From the human T2T-CHM13v2.0 reference genome, Homo sapiens, in assembly GCF_009914755.1 (NCBI RefSeq), contig NC_060928.1: a stretch of DNA of 64,000 nucleotides; one strand, 5' to 3'. Position 1 is the stretch's first letter. Each line of letters begins with the position of its first letter. The notes beneath the pieces were generated by a model. It had not been told where the DNA came from. It saw only the letters and a program-made list of their open reading frames with translations, and ran no database searches. The translations under genes and the position numbers were made by a program. This document shows positions 43,461-58,072 of this stretch, piece after piece.

Positions 43461-44821
43461 ATGCATATCTATAAACATATATTAGAATACAGCTTTTATC
43501 ATTCTATTGAAATTCTCCTAAGCACAATAAATATATTATTGAGAAGTTGTCTAGAATTTGAAATACAAGCTATACATAAAAATGATTAAAATTTTTGTTT
43601 TTGTTTGGTTAAATACAAACATCAATATTTGTGCTTTAAAAATCCAACATTAGAGAAGATAGTTGTCTCTGATTTTGCATTTTACTGATGCTAGCTCTAC
43701 AAACACTAGAAGCAGTTTCTGAAAATGAACAGGTTCATAAAGTGTGAAACATTACTATAATAGGTTGGAGAAATAAGTTGCATAATCAATGAAAAAAGTC
43801 AAAGTACTAAACTAATGGTTCTAAAAAGACTCAGTTATGATTCCTAAAATTCTTTAATTTTCAATTACCAGATATATATATATATCTGCATGCATAATAG
43901 ATTTACCTATGCAGATACATATGTTTTGATAAGCATTTTGAAACCAAGTGTCACATTCTATTAAACATTGAAAACAATGATCATAACAACCATCTATTAT
44001 CATACAATCTCAATGGGATATGCTTAAACCTATTTTCAAAAAGGTAAAGTCTTGTATCTCAAATATAGTTTATTGCCAACTCTAATTGCATGAGTTTTCA
44101 TAAGAAAATAATCTTTATTTCTAAGATAGAACTTCCTCAATAGAAAATAAAAAACATACTATGAGCCAAATCAGGTAAGACTGGAAAAATGTTTTAGAAT
44201 CATATTCTTAATTTATCCCTGACTACTCTTTATCCTTTACTCCATTATTCAGCTTTGACTGAATAAATATATTGCCTACTATTTTTCTTTCAATCCCTTT
44301 CCTTCATTACAACGCATTTTCCTCATGGTCCAACACAAGTTTTGAGGACTCATATGTATAACAGCTCCCATAGTGTACCTGGAAAGTGCTTCTCTTCCCA
44401 CCAGCAACCATCCCATGAAAATTTCATTCTTTAACAAAATATTACCTACTTCTAATAATGCATATGAAAGACATATTTATCCTTGGTAACGCTAATCACA
44501 ATCGCCCGTGACCTGGATGATTTCTCCACACAAGTGGACTGCTAACCATAGCACACACCCTGACAGTAGCCTATGAGGAAACAGAAGGGAAACAGATGCT
44601 AAGAGGAAGATTAGTTTGGATGTATCATTTCCTATGGGACTCGCCTGGCCTCTTATGCTCATAAAGTACGTGAGTGGAACTGATTATTGTCTTCAAGTTT
44701 CTCTTTTGCCATTCACCATCTTGTGGAACTGTGGATAAAACAATTCCTAGGCCTAAATTACCAGCTTTGACTTTTGAACTCCTGACCCATGTTGGAGTTT
44801 TTTAACAGGTGACCATAACTC

Positions 44822-45875
44822 TTTTTTTTAATTGACAAAAAAATTGTACATATTGTGTATGTGTTGTTTTGAAATACGTATACTTTATGGAATAGCTAAA
44901 TTAAGCTAATTAACATATGAATTACCCCACATACTTATTTCTGTGGTGAGAACACTTAAAATTATTCTCTTAGCAATTTTCAAGAATACATTGTTATTAA
45001 CTATAGTCACCATCTTGTGCAATAAAACTTTTGAACTTATTATTCCTAATTGAAATTTTGTATCCTTTGACCAACCCGCAACCCTCAGCCCCTGGTAAAC
45101 CATCATTCTACTTTCTACTTCTATGAGTACAACCTTTTCAGATTTCACATGTAGGTGAGATCATGTGGTATTTGTTTTTCTGCGCCTGGTTTATTCCACT
45201 TAACATGTTTTCCAGGTTCATCTATGTTTTTTGCAAATGGAAGGATTTCCTTCTTCTTAAAGGTGAAATAGTATTACATTATGTACATATAAGATTTTTT
45301 TATCCATTCATCCATTTATGGATACTTAGGTTGATTCTATATCTTGGCTGTTATGAATAATGCTGTAATGAACATGGGGTGCAGATGTCTCTGTGACAAA
45401 CTGATTTCATTTCCTTTGTCTACACACTCAGAAGTGAGATTGCTGGATCATATGGTAGTTACAGTTTTAATTTTGTGAGGCATCTCCATACTGGTTTTCA
45501 TAGTGGCCATACTAATTTATATCTCTACCATTTTTTTCAAGGGTTCCCTTTCTTCTACATCATCTCCAGCATTTGTTATCTTTCATTTTTTTTCATAGAT
45601 GCCATCTTAATAGGTGTAAGCTGATATCATTGTGGTTTTTATTTTAATTTCTCTGCTGATTGGTGATTTTGAGCATGTTTTTTATACACCTATTGGTCAT
45701 TTGTATGTCTTCTTTTGAGAAATGTCTATTCAGATCTTCTGCCCATTTTCTTAATCTGGTGTTTTGTTTTCAAATTCTTGAGGTGACCTCCTTATACATT
45801 TTGGATATTAACCTCTTATCAGATACATGGTTTGCAAGTATTTTCTCCCATTCCATAGGGTTTTCTCTTTACAGT
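44822..45875 (-). mobile_element. L1MA (MA6/7-like) 3' portion
   Basis: gtggtgagaacacttaaaattattctcttagcaattttcaagaatac; antisense ORF2 C-terminus (tcttttgagaaatgtctattcag). Confidence 0.85.
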
Positions 45876-46220
45876 GACTGCAGCTCTTAAATAGGTCTTT
45901 GATCAAAGTAAGTGTTATTCATATCAGGAAAGGTAATTTTCTTGCACAACTTTGGATGGGTTACAGAAGTGGAAAGGGAAAAAAAGATTATGACCTAAAA
46001 CATTAGATGTGTCAGATAACTCTAGCACCAATAGGATGAATGTTCACCTTCATTACTAAGAAACACGTCTAACTGACTGTTGGACATTTCCAACACAAGC
46101 ATCTACAAACTAAGCCCTACTTGGTACTAACCTACACAAGTCTTCCTCCTCTTATATTCTCTGCTTCAGTTAATGGTAACACTATCAACTTGAACATTTT
46201 AATATACTATAAGAGACATT

Positions 46221-46790
46221 TTGTAGCTACAAGATTAATGATAGCCATAAGGCCCATTCGAACATCTTGCAAGGCCTACATTCTGTGTCACTTAGTAGTA
46301 TGATGCAACCTGGTCTGGGAATTTCTAACTCTGGCCCCAAGATTACATGGTCTATATGACAATGGGACTTAAAAACCCTGTTTGCCCTAGAGACAAGATC
46401 CCCTTAGCACAGATGCAACTTTCACGAAGCTTAAAACAAGCTTACCCTTACAAGAATAGCTTAAATTCCCTTTATGATAGAAACACTTGGTAACTAGCCC
46501 AGACTGAAAACAGGTATAAAAAAGAAGGAAGAAGTCCCCAAACTCAGAATGGTCTCCAAAGGGCAGAGATCCTCCCAGTCAGGAAGTCATCTGACCCCTG
46601 ACTGCATGTGGCCCATGCCACTGGTGTGTTCCTGATGTCCATCTTGTAAGAGCACTGCCAAAATAAACTACCTGAACATCAGGTGGTGGTGGGTATAAGA
46701 CTTACTTATGATGTGAATCAGACTCATGGGGAATATCCACTCCTGGGGAAGTTGGTTAACCAGGATCACCCATGATCCCCAAATGCAACT
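46221..46790 (+). mobile_element. Solo LTR of uncertain family, inside an L2 fragment
   Basis: Starts TGT; TATA-like ggtataaaaa at ~46514; AATAAA at ~46662; about 570 bp; L2-like flanks. Confidence 0.5.
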
Positions 46791-48329
46791 AACTCATCCA
46801 GAAAATCCAGAATTTTTTTCTCAATACCCTCATATTCAATTGGTTAACAACCTTTAAATACTTTAAAATTTAAATTTTTCTTGCCATCTTTAATTTTCTT
46901 TTTTTTCCCTCATTGAGAAAAAGGGGATCTAGAGGAGAAAATAATTTTCTTACAACAAAAACTTAAATGAACTTTAATTTGCCTTGAATTAAAAGAACTA
47001 TTTTTGGTCAATTAAAGACAAAATTAGGATTTTTAAAATAATATTTTAATCTGGACAACATAATTTTATCATTCTTGGAAAATGTGTTACCAACTGACAT
47101 ATTTATCACAAATGTTAATTAAGTACTATTAGTTCATCCAAGCAGGTATAGAAATGCTTGTTAGCATATATTATCTCCCCAAAATATATATGTTGAAATT
47201 GCCTCTAACTATGTGGTTTGAGAGCAATCTCCTGTGTTTGCATTAAGTAGCCCTGTGACTTGCCTGTCTTTCTAAAGGAAGAGAAGGAGGGGGATTCTAA
47301 TGGCTCCCAGCAATCAGTACTTTTACCCTTAGGTGACCTCTGCAGTCTGAGAATGTGTGCATAATAAGAGAATGATTCACCTTGCTATGGACCTTGAACC
47401 ATTCTGCAAACACACAGAAAAATAAATTAAGTTAATTCAAGTGCTGTTGCTGCTGCAAACGCTGTCCTTCACTGAGGAGAAAAAAAAAATAGGTGGGTGC
47501 GAGTAGTTGGGAGGACTACAGGGAAAGGAATCTGGAAATGACAAAAAAAAAAAAATCTATATTCTGCCAAGAGCTTGTTGGCATATAAATTTCTGAAGAG
47601 CAGAATTATAATCAGACACAAACCATCTCCTTTGTGGTACAAAAATTAGGAAGCATGGTTCAAGCATGTGGCTCTGTCAAGATACAAGTCTTTTCTTTTT
47701 TTTTTTTAAGGGTTTTTTTGCACTTTCCACTTCACAATATATAAAAACTCTTGTCCAAACATAGCCTGATACGATACCCACAATAAGATTCAGCCTCCTC
47801 TGTATTTTTAATTAACTCAGGCACAGCAGTCGTTTTTAACGGCTAACATTTTGTGTGAGTTACAGTATGCACACTGCTGAGACATAAATACAAAGTAATC
47901 ACTCTAATAAGTAGATATAAACATTTACAACAATTGCAACAAGTCTGTGCAACAAATAAGGGAATATAAAGAAAAATAACCAGCAGCAACCAAGGAAACG
48001 TGTCTCAATACAATTGCATAGGTATGAATGTCATTCAAAGCTCTGATCTTTTGTTGCCTTCAGTAATTTCAATACACTAAAGTCCCTAATGAGATTGTAC
48101 TTTTAATGCCAAAAAATGACAGCCCTGATTAGGAAACAAAAACAAAAATCAAGTCTTCAATTTTCATGTTTGTGCCCAAGAAACCAGCAAGAACTCAAGG
48201 CACTTGGGTGACTGCATCATTTCCCTAACAGAAAGAAATTATAATACCTCAGTCCAGAATAAAACAGGGCAAGCCTTCAGCACTCCATCTGCAAACAGTA
48301 GGCCTTAAGGTAGTAAGAGGCTTCTTGAC

Positions 48330-48800
48330 AAGCATAAAGAATAGAACAAATGCCAATGGAGGTGGAGCCCATGAGACAGGAGAGACTGCAACAAGATGAG
48401 ACTGGAGAAGCAGACAGCAACCAGGGTTTAGAAATTTTGGTGGATCAGAATAAGGGGAACATATATTATTCAAAGCACAGTAGTCATGGGAGGACTTTAA
48501 GCAAGTTAATATCGTGATCTGACTTATGTGTCTTAAAGGTTTCTTTGGCTGCTGGTTAGGGAATGGGTTGTATGGGGCCAAAGTGAAAACCAAGAAACCA
48601 CTCATGGTCTACTGTAGTAAGAGTTATGGTCTTCAGGATTGGAACTGGAGGTAATGCCAGAAAGGACAGACAGATAAAGGATAGTTATTAGCGGAGAAAG
48701 TAAGAAAAAGGTAGAGATAAAGAGCCCCAGGTTGGGACTCAGGCATATGAAAGGGTGACAGTGCCATTTATAGAAACAGGGGATACAGAGAAAGAAAAAG
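48330..48800 (-). mobile_element. L2 fragment
   Basis: ggaggactttaagcaag...gtgatctgacttatgtgtcttaaagg...tttggctgctgg. Confidence 0.65.
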
Positions 48801-48949
48801 AATGAAGGCTTAGACAACATTCAATCCAACAATTTTTAAGTTTCTTATATATTCCAGGGACTCTCTTATGGCATGGATATTGTCATTGTCTTTTAAAAGC
48901 TAGATCTACTGTGACACAGAGACACAACTACATAAGCAAACATTGGAAA

Positions 48950-49160
48950 AGAATAGCTACCACGTAAGATATATTAAATGTGAGCTAAGCACTAGTTTGA
49001 GAGCCTTACTTATTCAATCTCACACAAACCCATGTTACTGGTGAAAGCTCTGGGGTCTAGAATATAGTGACAAGCCCAAGCAACTGAGCAGATAAATGTT
49101 TGAGCCAGGATTTAAAACTGAGGCAGTTTGGCTCAAAAATCCATGACTCTGACCATTGAT
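48950..49160 (-). mobile_element. MIR fragment
   Basis: gagccaggatttaaaactgaggcagtttggctcaaaaatccatgactctgaccatt. Confidence 0.6.
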
Positions 49161-49941
49161 ACCACAGGACTTTCAAAACACATGTGCACCTGCACACATG
49201 CACACATATACACACACTAAAAGTGCTATGGTAAAAGTACAGTAGAGTAAATATTGATTCCAAGTCTAAGCATCTGGGATGGCGAAAAAGCTACTTTGAG
49301 GAGGGCAGTGTAGAATGAACCTTGATGGCAAGGTAAACTTTTTACACAAAGGCAGAGCAGGGTGGAGCTGCCAGGCAAAATGGTTAGTATAAGTAAAAAA
49401 AATAGGTAAGATAAAGGTAACTCAGTTAGAGAAGCCAAGAAAAGTTTGGGAAAATACTTCTCCTCAGATGTAATTTTGCCTAAGTCATGATATGCTAAAA
49501 ACAATTGACACCAAAAATAAATGTCTATCCTAAGCTGGTAGAGTGTTTTGCCTAATTTATTTCAGTAATGGTAAAAATCTTATAGCTCCTTACTTACATG
49601 ATCTCTGAGTATTGTGTGTTTCACCATCTTAGAGGGAAGATATTTAGCTGCATGAGATTAAGCAAATGGATCAGGTCAATGATATTCTGCAACTGGGCAG
49701 TTTCCATTTATTGGCCTTTGTACGGGGAAGTGGGCATCTTTGAGAAATGTGCAATAAAGTCTTCTCTAAAAAGAGAGTCAGACTTGAGAGGGTGGAGGAG
49801 TAGGAGAGTATGGGAGTGAAATGGGAATATTTGCAAATTCTAGCTCTAGGAATAACAATTTTTAGCCCAACCCAATATAATTCTCATTTATACTTAATAT
49901 GAGCCAGGCATTACATGAGTTATAAGAATCCTGCAAGGATC

Positions 49942-50427
49942 TATGGTAGACAGAATAATAGTACCCCAAAGATATCCACATCTCAATCCTGAAATCTGTG
50001 AACACATTACCTTACATGGAAAAAAGAGGCTTTGCAGATGTAATGAAGTGAAGTATTTTGATATTGGAAGATTATTCAGGATTATGTGGGTGAGTCCAAT
50101 AAAATCTCAAGGATCTTTATAAGAGAGAGGCAGGAGAGTCAGAATCAGAGGAGAGGAAAAGATGAAAGCAGAAATCAGAGAGGAAGAGATATGAAGCTGG
50201 CTTTGAAGAATGAGGAAGAGGCCATCAGCCCAAGAATGCAGGCAGCTCCTAGAAGGTAGATGAGGCAAGGAAATAGATTCTGCCCTAGAGCCTCCAGAGG
50301 AATGCAGCCTGTTGATGCCTTGATTTTAGGACTTCTGACCTCCAGAACTTCAAGATAGTAAACACTTGTTGTTTTAAGCCATTATGTTTGTAGTAACTTG
50401 CTATAGCATCAATAAGAAGCTAATAAA
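49942..50427 (+). mobile_element. MLT1C/D MaLR solo LTR
   Basis: ggtagacagaataatagtaccccaaagatatccacatc...ggcaaggaaatagattctgccctagagcctccaga...gttgttttaagcca. Confidence 0.85.
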
Positions 50428-51015
50428 ATTTGTAAGCTCACTAATTTGCTCATTTTATTATTTTTATAATTCCTTTCATTCAATATTCATTAATCCCTTT
50501 ATTCATCAAATACTTAAGCCATGAGGCATGCCAAGGCCTCCTTTGGTGTCTGAAATATGAATGGCAAAATAAGACAAGGTATTTGCTCCTAAAATGCTGT
50601 CTATTGGAGGGCACAAAAACAAATAAGTGTAATAAAATATTTTAAGTGATAGAGTGGCATGATAGTTGCAGGTGGGAAAGAAAGTTCAGCTCTGCTGGAG
50701 GAAGAGAGAGAAGCATTCAGAAAGCCTTCATGGAATTTCTCCCTCTGTCTCTCCTTTCTTTAATGTATGGGGCAGGAGAGTCTAGCCCATTTCCTAGTCA
50801 GTCTTTCAAAGAATGCTCTGAGTGACCCCAGCTCCCACCTCCTCAGCTGGATCCTGGGCTTTCTGGGAGGAGGAGGAGCCTCAGGGAAGGACTGGGCCTA
50901 AGAAGGTCTCTCAGGACAAATAATAGAAAAGCCCTAGGGCTTTCAGGCACCAGCATCCTCAGCAAATTAATCCATTTCCTCTCCAGAAGGCCAGATATTA
51001 GGAGAAAAATGTCAT

Positions 51016-51343
51016 AGTATCAGTCCATTTTCACACTGCTGATAAAGACACACCTGAGACTGGGCAATTTCCAAAAGAGGTTTATTAGAACGTGGCTAGG
51101 TAGGCCTCACAATCATGGCAGAAGGCAAAAGGCACGTCTCACATGGTGGCAGACAAGAGAAGAGAGCTTGTGCAGGGAAACTCCCCTTTTTAAAACCATC
51201 AGATCTCATAAAATTTATTCCCTATTATGAGAACAGCACTGGAAAGACCTGCCCCATGATTCAGTTACCTCCCACTGGGTCCCTCCCACAACACATGGGA
51301 ATTCAAGATAAGATCTGAGTGGGGACAGAGCCAAACCATATCG
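51016..51343 (-). mobile_element. THE1B solo LTR
   Basis: Reverse-complement homolog of the LTRs at 60583 and 62457; TSD gtcat/gtcac. Confidence 0.92.
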
Positions 51344-51589
51344 GTCACTTTTCCTGAAAGTCTATCAAGGGAAAAAAGTAATGTTGAAATTGTATTTCAC
51401 TTTAAAAAAAAAAAAAAAGGAAGAAAAAAAAGCAACCACCCAAAAAGAACCTATATATATTTCTATCAATTGCAAGTTTGTGTACTCTGATATAAAATTT
51501 TTTCGCTTAGTATTTTTCTTTTTGGTTTACAAGTCTATATGTTATTCCCACGTGATGTTGAGTGGTTTTTGTTCTCCTGCCACCAAATT

Positions 51590-52720
51590 GTAACTGATGT
51601 TCTGATGCTCTGATGCTCCAAAGATGAATGTCATAGATGTGATAAAACACCACATTCTAAAGACTAGCCCAGATATATTATTGGAAAAGTTCCTAAGAAA
51701 AGTTAGAACTGGCCCTACCACCATTACCCTGTACCCAACTCCAGGTCCACCCTGTTTAAACAGGCATTAGGAATGTAAGATAGAATGTCTGGAGCAGCGA
51801 CTGAGTGAGCTAGGTAGGAAACCACTTGTTTTTCCCCTCCTTACTCAACAAGAAAAGGGAGAAGTATGCTCCTCCCACACAAAACCAAGTGATGACCCAG
51901 CAAAAATGGGTAAGGTTGCAAGAAGGAGACCAACATTTTATTTCTGCCTATGGAGCAGAACAGCTCTGTGACTCTTGGACCAAAGAAAAAGGAACTGAGA
52001 CAAGTGGTAGAAGAGGCAGGATCAATGGTGGGACCTGCCATCACTTCCATTATGGTGTGACAAGGATTTTATCTTCCTGGCAGATCATGTTTACCATGGA
52101 AAGTAGCCAGGCTTCGACTTCCTTGTAGGCATTTCAACCAAGAAAACTGCCTTCTGAGCAAGGGGATCCCAGCAACCCTGGTACAGCAGGCTCTGAGCAA
52201 TACCAAGGAGCAGGGCAGGAACTAAGAGGGGCTATGTAGGAACCATATCTCGATCAGGAAACCGCAGTAGGGAGGCCCTCCCAGGGTGCCCTGAAGAACA
52301 CATACAGCTCATAGAGAGTAAGTGATTGGAAGACAGTCAGGTAAAAAATATCTACATTCCTCTTCTCCCTCCACTTCTTCCTACTACTCCAATACCATGG
52401 TCCACCTTCAAGAGAAGCAGAAGAAGATGGCACAGGTGAGTGAAGGAACACACAGGCCATGCTCACTTTCCCACCATGATTCTAGCCAAAGCCCACCGGT
52501 TTGGGTTAGAAAGGGATAGGGTGCATGGAAGAAATATAATTGAAGTTTTGCACTGGAATAAATGTATAAAAAAGTTAGATATTTGTCTGAGAAATTGTTA
52601 AGAGACAGAGAGGGGGGATAGCTAAAGGTGGTAAATCAAAAAATAAACAAAAATAGAGGTTCTCCACCAAGTTCAAATTGTTCAATAACTTGTAATTACC
52701 AGCATATTTGAGTGTTTACA
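51590..52720 (+). mobile_element. Possible ancient mammalian Gypsy-type LTR (MamGypLTR-like)
   Basis: TGT start; attgaagttttg motif shared with ~62890; alternating purine- and pyrimidine-rich blocks; recalled similarity only. Confidence 0.35.
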
Positions 52721-54599
52721 AGTGATATATAAATAGAAATAAAGTTTGAGACTGTGATTTAGTCTCCTTAAAATAAAGCAGAGAAAGCATATATTCAATT
52801 TTCCAAAAGTCCCTGGAATACTAACACAATTTCTGGCTCCTAGAAAGCAGAATGTGGGGTGGGAGGATGTTATGCAGAGAACAGGAAATGTCAGGTGCCA
52901 ATGCTTATTTGAATATCATATATTACTCTTTAAGTTAAAAATATACATGCATGTGCATATACCTGCTACTTTTGCTAGAAATAAAAAATACAATCACCAC
53001 AATTTTATTTAGTTTATTTAATTTTCTCAAGAAAACAATACTTTTTTCATTAAAATATTAGGAAAAAAATAATTTGCCTTAGTAAAGGAGAATGTAAACA
53101 TAGTAACTCTAATTTGGAAAGATACTGAACCTATATTGGATAATAAAATATATTATAAAACCAGAAAGACACAGCAATATTTAAAATCTAGCTGATTTCC
53201 CTTTGGAGGCAGATGACTAACAGCTTACCTCAGCGAAGCAAAAATTGCTACAATAGTTTTTTTAATAGAAATGGTCCTTATTTATCATCTAAGATAACAC
53301 CTATATACCTTATAGGCAAGAAATGAAAGATCTTAAAGACATTATGAAAAAAATCCAAACCTTATATTACAGTAATGTGATACTAATTAAAGTGGTGGCC
53401 TGGAAATAAATTCAAGATGTCTACACAATCCCTAGTAATGAAGAAAGGAAACATAGACTGACTAAAATAGTAGACAGAAAGTCAGTTGTGATTACTTTGG
53501 GATATAATTTTTATTCCAATATTAGAGCCAAGGGAATACAAAGAATACCTCAGAAACTGCCTCAAGACTACGCAAGTTCTTGTGTCTGACCCTTCCTTGC
53601 TCAACAACTTCCTATAATGCACTCCATTGTAAGAATACATAGGTCTCTTTCCCAGCTAGCCCAAGGCAACAGCCGAAGCTTAGCAGACCTTCCAGCTGTC
53701 TCTGGAGAAAAGTAGTTTAAATGAGCAACCAATAAATAAGCTTCTAATTTGTCCAAATACAATTTGGTTAAGAAATTGTGTTCAATGACCTTTCATTTAG
53801 TATTTGAAAGGTAAAGAATCCAATATAACAATAAGAAATGATTAAATGAGAAAAGTCTGAACTTATCAATAGTGGGAGAGATCCCTGCAGAGGAACAATT
53901 TACATTCTGCCCTTCTAAAAGTTGGCATAATTATTTATGATCCAAGACAGCAAAGTGTCAAATGACTCACAGGCTTAAGTTAGTATCTTTTAAATAATAT
54001 AAACCTTCTTTCTATTCATCTAGAAAGAAGTAAAATCTGTGAGATGTAGTGAATTGAAGTTCAAGATAACAGAGAAGAAATTAAATTAACATTTAAGTGT
54101 ATGAAAAGAGTTCAAATATTCAGACCCAGATTACTGAAATAGAGATGGCTGAGGCATTTTCAGATATGAACACATCCTACCTTAAATTAACTTTTAAAAG
54201 CCATACAAACTTGAAAAGGTACCAAAAGACTGAGATAGGCAAAAAGTGTCTCATCCCTTTTATTTTAAGTCTGGGCTCCAGAAACCATAGAAATGTTGAC
54301 ATCAATCTCAAAAGAAAATACTGGGACAGGTTTTTAAGCAGATGGCTTGTATATATTTAGGAAGAAAAGAGTGGAAATCAAAGCAGTCCACCTAGGGTCA
54401 GTAAGAAAATCTAAATCAAATCAATACTAGTTCCTTTTTTTGTACAGTTTCTCTATTAGAAGAATAGATGAATAGCCCAGACACACAAAGACAATTTCGT
54501 TAAAATATTCAGCAAAATCACATGATATTTTAGGATATAATGTAAAAAGAGATAGAACAATGACATAATACCAATCCTGATGGTTATGCTATTCTATGC

Positions 54600-54690
54600 C
54601 ATGAGGTTGTTTCCTTTGGCAATATTGCTCTTCAGTGACTTGAAAGAAGACACAGAAGTCATGCTTATCCATTTTTGGAAGACAAAAATC
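54600..54690 (+). mobile_element. L3/CR1 RT fragment
   Basis: cagtgacttgaaagaagacacagaagtcatgcttatccatttttggaagac resembles the CR1 NDL...LIKFADD region. Confidence 0.4.
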
Positions 54691-55793
54691 TCTTTATATT
54701 TATTTGGCATGAAATACTTAAAGCTTTTTCCCTTCCATATTTTGGCTTGCTCACATGCGGTTACTTCCCTCTTCAGTGACTTTCCTTTGCCCTTCCTGAT
54801 TGCTTCTGCATTTCCAACTAATCTCAATTTGACTTACAATTATATTCTCCCTATTGCCTCCACTAAGGAGCTGCAGAAATATTTTTCCCATACCTGAATG
54901 ATTGAACTAATCACATTGTGTGTAAATTTTCTTGCTGTTTAGCCATTTAGATGGTTCTGTCTGGAAGAAAGCATATTTAAAAATTCATCTTGGTATCTTG
55001 AGGGCCTGAAATATAACAGATATTCAGTATTTGATAAATAAAACCAACTTGAATGATTCCAGAAGTTCATCAGGACAGTAAGAAACTCCTGTTAGAAATT
55101 GCAGAAGAAACTGCAGCCATCTAGATAACAGAAAATTCCTAGTAACATGAAGGGCCTGCTCATTGCTCCAGATTCCTACTGAAATGAGCCATAGAATGTA
55201 AAAAAATAAAACAGGGAAATCTGCTCAACCATGAGAGGGTCCACCAACAAAAAAACAATCTGTAGTAAATTATACAAAAAAGTACAGATAATATTGAAGA
55301 TAGGAAATGAGAAATGATCTCCAAATTATCCTGCTAAGAAACATTAGAAACATCAGGAAGAAGGAAAAACCGGTAACTAACTTTGGAGAATAAACACTGG
55401 AGTCATGAACAGTGCATGGCCCACTTAGACTCTTGTTTGCCACTTGGAAATTGATTGCCCTGCAAGACCCAGGGCTACAGTTATGTGCAGATGAATGGAG
55501 CAGCAGCAGATCAGGAAGGTTGACCCTGGTGCAAGGCTGAGACCAAAAGAAGACATCATCTGAAAGCTGGTTCCCAATATATCAGTTTCATTAAGAAGAA
55601 AATTCTCTATAAGGAATTTCCCCTGCTTGAACTTCCTATAACTTTAGCTCCCTCTCGATTCACCTTAGGCTCATACACCACTGGTTATGTAAATTTTTAT
55701 GGCAACAATTTAGACAGTGAGAATACATCAAACCACTTATGGGTAATTACTAACCATGAATAGATTTCTCTCATTCAATGAATAATTTTTTAT

Positions 55794-55796
<3 letters not shown>

Positions 55797-55828
<32 letters not shown>

Positions 55829-55845
55829 TATATATGTATGTATGT
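55797..55845. repeat. (TA)n(CA)n microsatellite
   Basis: Read directly. Confidence 0.95.
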
Positions 55846-56034
55846 ACTTTTCCCTAAGTACCTTATTATTGAGAACAAAAGTAAAAATTGTAAATCTGTC
55901 AATTTTGTACTCACAATAAAATTCAAAAAATAAATGGATTCTTAAACCAGAGATGAAAAATAAAATGGTAAAGAAAATAAAACACACTGAGAGGAAAAAT
56001 TGTAAAAGCACAATGAGATAAGAGAAATGGAAGA

Positions 56035-56512
<478 letters not shown>

Positions 56513-56600
56513 CTAAAGGCTAGAAAATCAGTATCCAATTGCCAGCTATGTGTTGTTCCTAAACACAATACCAGAAAAAATTTGATTAAAAAAAAAAGTA

Positions 56601-56900
56601 GGCCGGGCACGGTGGCTCATGCCTCTAATCCTAATACTTTGAGAGACTGAAGTGAGAAGATTTTTCAAGACCAGCCTGGGCAATATAGTGAGACTCCAAC
56701 TCTACAAAAAAAAAATTGTTATTTTAAATTAGCCAGTGTGATGGCATGTGGCTATAATCCTAGCTACTTGGGAGGCTGAGGCAGGAGGACTGCTTGAGCC
56801 CAGAAGTTCGAGGTTACAGTGAGCTATGATCATGCCACTGCACTTCAGCCTGGGCAACAGAGCAAGACCCTGTCTCTACAAATAAAATTAAATACAATAA
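56601..56900 (+). mobile_element. AluJ with a left-arm deletion
   Basis: ggccgggcacggtggctc start; left-arm segment before the B box shortened to gaagatttttcaagacc; right arm intact. Confidence 0.88.
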
Positions 56901-57539
56901 TATGAATAACAATAATAAATTAAAATATCTTTTCTGACCTATAGAAATGCCTGAATTTGCATATCTAAAGAGCTTACTAAAAACTGAGAAAATTAGTGCA
57001 GAAAATAACACACGGCTATACATAGCAGTGATATTTTTAAATTTTAAAGACAAAGACTCTCCTCATCATCCAGATTAAAGACATTTGAGGATGAGGGGAA
57101 CCAAAATCAAAGTGGCTCCAGAATTGTCCCAACAAATATTAAATAATAAAATTAAATGACACCTATAGAGTTTTTAGAGAAAATTTTTGATGTGCAGCCA
57201 AATTGTAGGAGACATGTAAATGCTAAAGACTTACATTATCTGAATGCTAAGATTCAGAATCTAGGATATAAGGTATTTTTCTATAAATTTTTTTTGAAGG
57301 TATATGCCAGTGAACCACAGGAAAATATCAAAAACTAAATGACTAAAATATTAAAAACTAAAATGAAATAGACAAAAAATTTTTTTTAATCTGTATCAGC
57401 CCTTAAATGTTAAGGACTTGCAAAATTTCATGTAGATTGCAGTGAATTGAGGGACATGTTCACATCAAAATGTCTACATATAAAAACACCATCTAAATAA
57501 AAACATAAACATCAAATTGGAGATGAAATTCATCTGGAA

Positions 57540-57990
57540 TTTTGAGGGAGAAAAAAGCTATTTTTCTAAGCATTTAAAGAGCATTTCCAAATTATTAAGA
57601 AAAAAAGACAATCACACAAATTAAACAAATTAGCAAATCACCCAAATAGACCATTAACAAAAGAGGAATTTAAAGTGGTAAGTTTCAGAAAAGACTCATT
57701 CTTACTAGCCAATGAATAAAAAAAAATTAAAACAATACTCTGAAACCATTTTTCATCTATCAGATTAATAATAATTAAAAAGCATGATACTACCCCAAGA
57801 TGGCCAGAGTGAAAAGAAATGGATAGTCTCATACACAACTGGTGGTAATATAGTAATGTTATAGTCTTTCTCCAAACACATTTGACAGTATAAATTTAAA
57901 AAAACTTAAAAATGATTTACTCTTAAATAGTTAAACAATTCTATGTTAAAATTACTGCGCAAAATGAATGTGCAACCGAATTTAAGAACA
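57540..57990 (+). mobile_element. L1ME-type ORF2 3' fragment
   Basis: aaccatttttcatctatcagatt...ctcatacacaactggtgg; very diverged. Confidence 0.55.
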
Positions 57991-58072
57991 ATATAGACAA
58001 ATCATCCATTTATTCACTTAATAAATATTTACTGATTACAAATTATGTGTCAGGTACTATTCTAAATGGGGA

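Noticed and set aside
53229-53290. Minus-strand exon ending at the strong donor GAG|GTAAGC
   Set aside because: Upstream acceptors are weak and all three frames from the nearest plausible one contain stops
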